Of a stretch of 50,474 nt of DNA, positions 42,088-50,474 are shown one piece after another (position 1 is the first letter of the stretch; each line of letters begins with the position of its first letter). Below the pieces are notes generated by a model that did not search any database, was not told where the DNA came from, and saw only the letters and a list, made by a program, of their open reading frames with translations. Origin of the DNA: an uncultured bacterium. Lineage in GTDB: Bacteria > Deinococcota > Deinococci > Deinococcales > Deinococcaceae. The position numbers and the translations under genes are program-made. Where the stretch lies: contig CAYPSD010000001.1 of the NCBI GenBank assembly GCA_964413135.1, positions 19,102 through 69,575 on the forward strand, given 5' to 3'.

Positions 42088-44175
42088 TCAGCGCACATAC
42101 GCCGTCGGCACCCCACCGTCCACCGTGATCACGCCGCCGGTGGTCTTGGCCGAGGCGGGCGAGGTCAGCCAGTAGGTCGCCTCGGCGATGTCTTCGGGCA
42201 ACACATTGACTTTCAAGGTCGTGCGGTTGCGGTAGAACTCTTCCAATTTGTCAGGTTCGATGCCGTAGGTGGCGGCCCGCTCCGCCCGCCATTTGCCGTC
42301 CCAGATGCTGCTTCCGGCCAGAATGCCGTCGGGCAGCACCGAGTTGACCCGGATGCCCGACGCCCCACCCTCCTCGGCCAGGCAGCGGGCCAGATGCAAC
42401 TCGGCCGCCTTGGCCGCGCTGTAGGCCGCCGCGTTCTTGCCCGCCGCCACCGAATTCTTGCTGCCGATAAACACCAGATTGCCGCCGCTGCCCTGCGATT
42501 TCATCAGCCGGAAGGCCTGACGGGCCACCAGGAAGTAGCCGGTGGAGAGAATGCTCTGGTTGCGGTTCCACATCTCCAGCGAGGTGTCTTCAATCGGAGC
42601 GCTGGAGGCGATGCCCGCGTTGTTGACGGCGATGTCCACGCCGCCGTAAGTCAGCACGGCATGGCTGAAGGCCCCGATGACCTGCTGCTCCTCGGTCACG
42701 TTCATGCCGACGCTGGTGGCCCGCCGGTAACCGCGCTGCTGCGTGACTTCCCCGGCCACCCCTGCGCCGCCGTCCGCGTTCAGGTCAGCGACGACGATGT
42801 GTGCTCCGTCCGCCGCCAGCCGGTGGGCGATCGCCCGCCCGATGCCGCTGGCCGCGCCGGTGATGAGGGCCACGTGGCCTTCCAGCGCCTTGGGCGCGGG
42901 CTTGAGGCTGAGCTTGTAGAGTTCCATCGGCCAGTACTCGATGGCGTAGCTCTCGGCGGCGGACAGGCTCACGAAGCCGCTCAGGCTGCTGGCCGACTTC
43001 ATCACCTGAATGGCGCGGGTGTAGAGCTGGCGCGACACGTCGGCCCCCTGGGCGTCGGGGCCGCTGGTGACCATCCCCAGGCCCGGAATCAGCACCACGC
43101 GCGGCGAGGGCGTGAACATCACGTCGCCGCCGGATTTGTTGGCGTCAAAATACTCGGCGTACTCGGCCTTGAAACGCTCCACACCGTCCTGCGCGGCGGC
43201 CTTGAGGGCGTCCTGACCCTGCTCCGGCGTCCAGTCGAGGTAGAGCGGCACCCGCTTGGTATGCACGAGGTGATCCGGGCAGGCCGCGCCCACCTGGGAG
43301 AGTTCGGCGGCGGCGTTGGAATTGACGAATTCCAGAATATTCGGCGAGGTGTCCACTTCCAGAATCACCGGACGCGCTCCCTTCATGGCTCCGCGCAGAA
43401 TCGGCAGCACCGCCGTCAGCAGGGCGGCACGCTCGTCATCTGCCACGCTTGTGACTTTCGCGCCGCCGAACGGCTGGGCCTCGGCGTGGGCGTCCAGGTA
43501 AGCCTGCGCCTCGCCGATGATCTGCAAGGTCTTCTCGTAACTTTCCTTGGAGGTGTCGCCCCAGGTCACCAGACCGTGCTTGCCCATCACCACGGCTTCC
43601 AGCTTGGGGTTGCCGCGCACCGCCGCGCCGATCTGCTGCGACAGGGTAAAGCCGGGCCGGATGTAGTCCACCCAGGCGGCCCTGTCGCCGTAAATCTCGC
43701 GCATCACGTCGGGGCCGTTGGGCGTGCAGGCGATCGCAATGATGGCGTCGGGGTGGGTGTGATCGACGTGCTTGGCCGGAACGAAGGCGTGCAGCAAGGT
43801 TTCGATGCTCTGGCGCGGGCGGCCCACCTCGAAGGCGGTGCGGTCCAGGTAAGCGGTCATCTCCTCGTCGGACATCTCGGCACGCTCAAAGAGGGGCAAG
43901 ACCTCGTCCAGCTTCAACCCCGCAAAGCCCTTGTCGGTGATGCTGGCGATATCCGACCCCGAACCCTTGACCCACAGCACCGTCACGTCGCGGCCCAGGT
44001 GGTCTTTCTCGACGCTCTTGGTGCTGGTGTTGCCGCCGTAGATGTTGACCAGCGTGCGGTCTGAGCCGAGCAGATTGGAGCGGTAGGTGAGTGAAGACAG
44101 GCCGTCGGACTTGGGCGCGTCGGCGTCGTTCCAGCGGTTTTCGGGCAAGTTGGGGCGAATCTGGGTGTCGGTCAT
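42088..44175 (-). CDS. Bifunctional rhamnulose-1-phosphate aldolase / short-chain dehydrogenase (RhaEW-type)
   Basis: N-terminal class II aldolase ('GGNTS', 'HTHPD', 'HGL'); C-terminal SDR ('TGAASGIG', 'NNAGI', 'YSAAK'). Confidence 0.92.
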   Translation of the reverse strand: MTDTQIRPNLPENRWNDADAPKSDGLSSLTYRSNLLGSDRTLVNIYGGNTSTKSVEKDHLGRDVTVLWVKGSGSDIASITDKGFAGLKLDEVLPLFERAEMSDEEMTAYLDRTAFEVGRPRQSIETLLHAFVPAKHVDHTHPDAIIAIACTPNGPDVMREIYGDRAAWVDYIRPGFTLSQQIGAAVRGNPKLEAVVMGKHGLVTWGDTSKESYEKTLQIIGEAQAYLDAHAEAQPFGGAKVTSVADDERAALLTAVLPILRGAMKGARPVILEVDTSPNILEFVNSNAAAELSQVGAACPDHLVHTKRVPLYLDWTPEQGQDALKAAAQDGVERFKAEYAEYFDANKSGGDVMFTPSPRVVLIPGLGMVTSGPDAQGADVSRQLYTRAIQVMKSASSLSGFVSLSAAESYAIEYWPMELYKLSLKPAPKALEGHVALITGAASGIGRAIAHRLAADGAHIVVADLNADGGAGVAGEVTQQRGYRRATSVGMNVTEEQQVIGAFSHAVLTYGGVDIAVNNAGIASSAPIEDTSLEMWNRNQSILSTGYFLVARQAFRLMKSQGSGGNLVFIGSKNSVAAGKNAAAYSAAKAAELHLARCLAEEGGASGIRVNSVLPDGILAGSSIWDGKWRAERAATYGIEPDKLEEFYRNRTTLKVNVLPEDIAEATYWLTSPASAKTTGGVITVDGGVPTAYVR

Positions 44176-44274
44176 AAGGCTCCTTGCAGGTGCGCGGGTG
44201 GCGTGTGAGATGCGGCTTGACAGGGGTGCAGCTTAAAAGTTAAGAGGTGCGGCCTGAAAAGGGAGCGGGACCCA

Positions 44275-45489
<1,215 letters not shown>

Positions 45490-45632
45490 GTGGCTCCTTT
45501 GTGCAGAGAAGGGGGGCAATGAAGGGAACAGCGCAGAAGCAGGGAGATCGGGGGCGGCTGATTGAGTTGCAGGCTTTTTTTCTTGTCGGCAATATTCATG
45601 CGGCCTGGCGGGGCTCAACTCAATAGCTCAGT

Positions 45633-46409
45633 TCACGGGGCCACGATCAGCTGAATGTCGTCCTCCATCAGCGTGCGGCGCAGTTCGGGCGGGGGTTCGG
45701 CCTCGGTGATCAGGGTGTTGATGTCGGCGTGGGTGGCAATCGTCGCCAGCGCCCGGCGGCCCAGCTTGCTGCTGTCGAGCAGGGCCACCACGCTGCTGCC
45801 GCTGCGGATCAGGGCCTGCTTGGCCCCGACTTCCGGCAGGTGCGGATCGGTAAACCCCGCGCCCGGCGCGTAGCCTTTGGCCGAAAAGAACACCAGATCG
45901 GGGTGAAGGCGCTGCATGGCGTCGGTGAAAAATGCGCCGACGAACGAGCGGGCGGGCGCGTGAAAGTTGCCGCCCACCATCAGAAACGGCACCCCGGCGG
46001 CGGAAAGGACGTTGGCGGCGTCCAGGCTGCAGGCGATGGCCTGCACCTTGCGGGCGGCCAGCAACCTCGCCAGCGCCAGCGAGGTCGTGCTGGCGTCGAG
46101 CGCCACCGTGTCGCCGTCTTGAATCAGGCTCAAGGCCGCTCTGGCGATGCGCTCCTTGGCGTCCACGTTTTGCGCCGAGCGCATCGACTGAGACAGCTCC
46201 TCGCTGGTCTTCTCCAGCAGTTGTGCTCCGCCGTGGACGCGCAGCAGCTTGCCCTGCTCGCACAGGGCGTCCAGATCACGGCGCACGGTCATCTCATGCA
46301 CGCCGAATTCGGCGGCCAGGTCTTTGATCCGCACCACCTTCTCGCTCAGGGCGCGGCGCAGGATGTCCTGTTGCCTCCCTGGCAAGGGAGCCACATTGTC
46401 GCTTGGCAT
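45633..46409 (-). CDS. DeoR/GlpR-family transcriptional regulator of rhamnose utilisation
   Basis: HTH 'VHEMTVRRDL', 'HGGA', 'LDASTT', 'DSSK'; TG-t-TAGGAT 6 nt before ATG 46409. Confidence 0.92.
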   Translation of the reverse strand: MPSDNVAPLPGRQQDILRRALSEKVVRIKDLAAEFGVHEMTVRRDLDALCEQGKLLRVHGGAQLLEKTSEELSQSMRSAQNVDAKERIARAALSLIQDGDTVALDASTTSLALARLLAARKVQAIACSLDAANVLSAAGVPFLMVGGNFHAPARSFVGAFFTDAMQRLHPDLVFFSAKGYAPGAGFTDPHLPEVGAKQALIRSGSSVVALLDSSKLGRRALATIATHADINTLITEAEPPPELRRTLMEDDIQLIVAP

Positions 46410-46544
46410 GCTCACATCCTAACATCAAAGTCACAAAAAATTACAAGCCCTTGCAATCTTTTGTGAAGTGGTGTTGAATGGACCCAGTTATACAGTTGAT
46501 CCACCCTGGTTGCCACCTCGCGTCTCTTTACGTTCTGGGAGCTT

Positions 46545-46874
46545 ATGTCTACACCGCATCACCGAGTCTGCTTTCTGCTTCAGGTGCGCCCGGAGCGCCT
46601 GGACGAATACAGAGACCGTCACACCGCCGTCTGGCCCGACATGCTCGCGGCCCTGCATGAAACCGGCTGGCACAACTACTCGCTCTTTTTGAAAGAGGAC
46701 GGCCTGCTCGTCGGCTACTTTGAAACGCCCGATCTGGACGCGGCGCAGTCGGGCATGGCCCAGCGCGAGGTCAACGCCCGCTGGCAATCGGAGATGGCCC
46801 CGTTTTTCATGGACCTTGAAGCCGCCCCCGATCAGGGCTTTCTGCGTCTGGAAGAGGTGTTTCACCTTGACTGA
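46545..46874 (+). CDS. rhaM: L-rhamnose mutarotase
   Basis: '[11 protein letters not shown]', 'NYSLF', 'RWQSEM', 'LEEVFHLD'. Confidence 0.93.
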   Translation: MSTPHHRVCFLLQVRPERLDEYRDRHTAVWPDMLAALHETGWHNYSLFLKEDGLLVGYFETPDLDAAQSGMAQREVNARWQSEMAPFFMDLEAAPDQGFLRLEEVFHLD

Positions 46875-48411
46875 GTTTCAACCCATACCTGCTCTTCAAA
46901 CCACCCCGTCGCTGTTGACCCTGACCCACGCCAGCAAATCCTTCGGCCCGGTGCAAGCGCTCTCGGACGTGAGCATCGAGCTGTTTGCCGGTGAGGCCCA
47001 CGCCCTGCTGGGCGAGAACGGAGCGGGCAAATCCACCTTCGTCAAGATTCTGGCCGGGGTTCACCGCCGCGACAGCGGAGAACTGCAAGTCGGCGGGCAG
47101 GACGTCAACTTCCACTCGCCCGGCGAGGCGACGGCGGCGGGCATCGCCATCATCTACCAGGAACCGACCCTCTTTCCCGACCTCAGCGTGGCCGAGAACG
47201 TGCTGATGGGGCGGCAGCCGCTGGCCGGGCTGGGGCGGATTGACCGGGCCAGCATGCGCCAGCAGGTGGCGAAGATTCTGAGTGAGCTGGGCGTCAACCT
47301 CGATCCGGCCCGGCGGGTGCGCGGCCTCTCGATTGCCGATCAGCAACTCGTTGAAATCGCCAAGGCGCTCTCGCTCAACGCCAACATCCTGATCATGGAC
47401 GAGCCGACGGCGGCGCTGACCTTATCGGAAACCGAGCGGCTGTTCCGGGTCGTGCGGTCGCTGCGGGCACGCGGCGCGGCGGTGCTGTTTATCACCCACC
47501 GCTTGGAGGAAGTGTTCGCCGAGTGCCAGCGCGTCACCATCATGCGCGACGGCACCTGGGTCAGCAGCGGCAGGGTCGAGGAGTACGACACCGACAAAGT
47601 GGTGCGCCAGATGGTGGGCCGCGATCTGGGCGAACTGTACCCGCACAGCCAGGCGGAACTCGGCGAGGTGGCGCTCTCGGTGCGCGGCCTCACCCAGCCG
47701 GGCGTCTTCCGCGACATCTCGTTCGAAGTGCGCCGGGGCGAGATCGTCGGGCTGGCGGGATTGGTGGGGGCCGGGCGCAGCGAGGTGGCGCGGGCCATCT
47801 TCGGCATCGATCCGCGCGAGACGGGCGAGGTCAGGCTCGGCGGCCACGTGCTGCCGCCGCTCAGCCCGCAGACGACCATGGCCGCCGGGCTGGGCCTGGT
47901 GCCGGAAGACCGCCGCCAGCAGGGGCTGGTGATGGACATGAGCATCGAGCGCAACGCCAACCTCGCCATCCTGAACCGGCTGCGCAAGGGCTGGCTGATG
48001 GACCGCAAAGCCGAGACCGACAATGCCCGCGAGTGGACCCAGAAGCTGCGGCTCAAGGCCCACAGCTTGTCTGACCCGGCCAGCAGCTTGTCGGGCGGCA
48101 ACCAGCAGAAAGTCGTGCTGGCCAAGTGGCTGGCGACGAGTCCCAGCGTGCTGATCGTGGACGAACCGACGCGCGGCATCGACGTGGGCGCAAAGGCCGA
48201 GGTTCACCGCACCTTATCCGAGCTGGCGGCGTCGGGCCTGGCGGTGCTGATGATCTCCAGCGATCTGCCGGAAGTGCTGGGCATGGCCGGGCGCATTCTG
48301 GTGATGCGCGAGGGCGAACTGGTGGGCGAGGTCAGCCGCGCCCAGGCCAGCGAGGAAGCCGTGATGTATCTGGCAACCGGGCAGCACAAACGCCAGGAGG
48401 GAGCCGCATGA
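46867..48411 (+). CDS. Rhamnose ABC transporter ATP-binding protein (two ABC domains)
   Basis: TTG start after [15 protein letters not shown]; 'DEPTAAL'; 'LSGGNQQK'; '[12 protein letters not shown]'. Confidence 0.93.
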   Translation: MTEFQPIPALQTTPSLLTLTHASKSFGPVQALSDVSIELFAGEAHALLGENGAGKSTFVKILAGVHRRDSGELQVGGQDVNFHSPGEATAAGIAIIYQEPTLFPDLSVAENVLMGRQPLAGLGRIDRASMRQQVAKILSELGVNLDPARRVRGLSIADQQLVEIAKALSLNANILIMDEPTAALTLSETERLFRVVRSLRARGAAVLFITHRLEEVFAECQRVTIMRDGTWVSSGRVEEYDTDKVVRQMVGRDLGELYPHSQAELGEVALSVRGLTQPGVFRDISFEVRRGEIVGLAGLVGAGRSEVARAIFGIDPRETGEVRLGGHVLPPLSPQTTMAAGLGLVPEDRRQQGLVMDMSIERNANLAILNRLRKGWLMDRKAETDNAREWTQKLRLKAHSLSDPASSLSGGNQQKVVLAKWLATSPSVLIVDEPTRGIDVGAKAEVHRTLSELAASGLAVLMISSDLPEVLGMAGRILVMREGELVGEVSRAQASEEAVMYLATGQHKRQEGAA

Positions 48412-49427
48412 CCGGACGCGCCGTGAGTACGCCCACCACGTCCCAGAGCTGGTTCTCACGTCTCCTGCGGGTGCGCGAAGTCAGCCTGGTGGCGCTGCTG
48501 CTGATCGTCACGCTCGGCACGGCGGCCATCAACCCGCTGTTTCTGAGCTTCGGCAGCTTGAAAGACCTCTTTCTCAACGTCGCCATCATCGCCCTGGTCG
48601 TCGTGGGCGAGACCATCGTCTTGCTGATGAAGCATGTCGATTTGAGCATCAGCAGCGTGGTGGGCCTCAGCGCCTTCTTGTCCGGCTCGCTGTTCGTGGC
48701 TTTTCCGGGGTTGCCGCTGCCGCTGGTGTTCGTCTTCGGGTTGCTGCTGGGCGCGGTGCTCGGCAGCGTCAACGGCCTGCTGGTCGCCTACGGCAAGGTT
48801 CCGGCGCTGGTCGCCACACTCGGCACGCTCTACGTCTTCCGGGGCATCACCTACGCGGTGGTTCACGGCGGACAGATCAACGCCTCCAACCTGCCGCCCG
48901 CCTTCCTGGGCTTTGCCACCGGCAGCGTGCTGGGCATTCCCAATCTGGTGCTGCTGGTGCTGGTGGTCATGCTCGGCTTCGGGTTTTACCTGGGCAGCTA
49001 CCGGGGCGGGCGCGAGTACTACGCGCTGGGGTCCAACAGCGAGGCGGCGGTGCTGGCCGGAATCAACGTCAAGCGCCGCACCATGATCGGCTTCATCCTC
49101 AGCGGCGCAATCGCCGGGCTGGCCGGGGTGCTGTACCTGGCCCGCTTCGGCACGGTGGACGCCACCGCCGGGACCGGCCTGGAACTCCAGGTCATCGCGG
49201 CGGCGGTGGTGGGCGGCGTCAGCATCAACGGCGGCGTGGGCACCCTCTTCGGCGCGGGCGTCGGCGCTCTGCTGCTGGGCGTGATGGGCAGCGCCCTGGT
49301 CACCTTGCGGGCACCGGGCTTTTATCAGCAAGCGATTCAGGGCGCACTGCTGCTGGCCGCCATCAGCTTTGACATGCTGGCCTCGCGCAGTGCGGCGCGG
49401 CGGGCCGCCAAAAGTAGGCAATCATGA
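48408..49427 (+). CDS. Rhamnose ABC transporter permease (RbsC-type)
   Basis: 'DLSISS', '[15 protein letters not shown]', '[12 protein letters not shown]'; ATGA overlap and AGGAGG RBS. Confidence 0.92.
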   Translation: MTGRAVSTPTTSQSWFSRLLRVREVSLVALLLIVTLGTAAINPLFLSFGSLKDLFLNVAIIALVVVGETIVLLMKHVDLSISSVVGLSAFLSGSLFVAFPGLPLPLVFVFGLLLGAVLGSVNGLLVAYGKVPALVATLGTLYVFRGITYAVVHGGQINASNLPPAFLGFATGSVLGIPNLVLLVLVVMLGFGFYLGSYRGGREYYALGSNSEAAVLAGINVKRRTMIGFILSGAIAGLAGVLYLARFGTVDATAGTGLELQVIAAAVVGGVSINGGVGTLFGAGVGALLLGVMGSALVTLRAPGFYQQAIQGALLLAAISFDMLASRSAARRAAKSRQS

Positions 49428-50404
49428 AGTTTAAAAGTCTGCTGGGCTGGGAACTGAGCGTCACCGTGCTGGTGTTCGTGGCCCTCGCGGGCGGCGCACT
49501 GCTCTCGCCCGATTTTCTGACCGCCTCCAACCTGTCGTTTCTGACCGCCAATTTCAGCGAAGTGGCGTTGATGTCGCTGACCATGACCCTGATCATCCTG
49601 GTGGCCGAGATCGATCTGTCGGTGGCGTCCATCCTGGGGCTGTGCAGCGCGGTGCTGGGCGCACTCTTCGCGGCGGGCTGGCCGATGCCGCTGGCGATTC
49701 TGGCGGCCTTCGGGGTGGGCGGACTGGCGGGGCTGTTCAACGGCCTGCTGGTCACCCGGCTGGGGCTGCCCTCGCTGGCGGTCACCATCGGCACGCTGGC
49801 ACTCTACCGGGGGCTGGCCTACGTGGTGCTGGGCGACAAGGCCATCGCGGAGTTTCCGGCGTTTTATACCAACCTGGGTTTTGGCAGCGTGCCCGGCACC
49901 CAGATTCCCATTCCGATGGCCCTGTTCGCGGTGCTGGCGATCATCACCGCCGTCGTGCTGCACGGCACGGCCTTCGGAAGAAGTCTCTACGCCATCGGAG
50001 CCAACGAGATCGCCGCCCGCTTCGCCGGACTCCAGGTCACGCGGGTCAAGCTCAGCTTGTTCGTCCTCTCGGGGCTGATGTCGGCGCTGGCCGGGGTGGT
50101 GTACACCTTCCGCTTCGCCAGTGCGCGGGCCGACAACGCCTCGGGCTTTGAACTCAGCGTCATCGCGGCGGTGCTGCTCGGCGGGGTGAGCATCTTCGGC
50201 GGCAAGGGCAGCGTCGTGGGCACGGTGGCCGCCGTCTTCTTGATCGGGATCATCAACGGAGCGCTGACCATCGTGGACGTGTCCAACGAGATTCTGACCA
50301 TCGTGACGGGATTGCTGCTGATCGCCTCGGTGCTGCTGCCCAACCTGCTCGTCCGCCTGCGCTCTGCCCGCGAACGCCGCGCCAGGGGGAGAGCCGTGAG
50401 TTAA
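49424..50404 (+). CDS. Rhamnose ABC transporter permease (second subunit)
   Basis: 'EIDLSVAS', 'YAIGANEIAARFAG', 'FELSVIAAVLLGG'. Confidence 0.92.
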   Translation: MKFKSLLGWELSVTVLVFVALAGGALLSPDFLTASNLSFLTANFSEVALMSLTMTLIILVAEIDLSVASILGLCSAVLGALFAAGWPMPLAILAAFGVGGLAGLFNGLLVTRLGLPSLAVTIGTLALYRGLAYVVLGDKAIAEFPAFYTNLGFGSVPGTQIPIPMALFAVLAIITAVVLHGTAFGRSLYAIGANEIAARFAGLQVTRVKLSLFVLSGLMSALAGVVYTFRFASARADNASGFELSVIAAVLLGGVSIFGGKGSVVGTVAAVFLIGIINGALTIVDVSNEILTIVTGLLLIASVLLPNLLVRLRSARERRARGRAVS

Positions 50405-50461
50405 ACGCCAATGGCCTGTGAGCACCCCGAACTTCCCCTGATCACACTTTCCTACTTCCCC

Positions 50462-50474
50462 GGAGGATTTATGA
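50462..50474 (+). other. RBS and start codon of the next gene (probably the rhamnose ABC substrate-binding protein), truncated by the window end
   Basis: GGAGGA followed by ATG at 50471; the binding protein is the missing component of the operon. Confidence 0.5.

Noticed and set aside
40666..44064. 1132-aa plus-strand ORF opposite rhaB and the aldolase-dehydrogenase gene
   Set aside because: Antisense shadow of real genes caused by high-GC codon bias; no recognisable motifs.

Overview
High-GC chromosomal segment, most likely Deinococcus. This is inferred from the V/A-type ATP synthase operon, fused secDF, a DUF1999-like gene and many apparently leaderless genes with a -10 box 5-8 nt before the start codon. 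Gene order: AlbA_2/Schlafen-like + HATPase_c_4 + wHTH protein; trehalose/maltose-type ABC operon without an ATPase; a short membrane-anchored upstream ORF plus secDF; MBL hydrolase; pstSCAB-phoU; a fab cluster (fabH-fabD-lipoprotein-fabG, acpP-fabF) interrupted by a polysaccharide deacetylase; nucleoside hydrolase + HD protein; V/A-ATPase operon; glnK-amtB; pth; small hypotheticals; malQ; PduO-type adenosyltransferase; and an L-rhamnose cluster joined to lutABC. I saw no mobile elements, CRISPR arrays or stable RNA genes. Best candidate for an undescribed system: the 112-aa ORF directly upstream of secDF (hydrophobic N-terminal anchor, Pro/Ala linker, C-terminal LGRQQTDGG-stop), which has the layout of a secretion-monitoring ribosome-arrest peptide but none of the classic arrest motifs. 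Several candidate regulatory codes can also be read from the DNA: 11-bp-phased Pho-box-like repeats with identical geometry at pstS and phoU, a LacI-type operator shared by the sugar ABC operon and malQ, and operators at fabH, glnK and the rha cluster. All family assignments come from recognising motifs by eye; no database searches were run.
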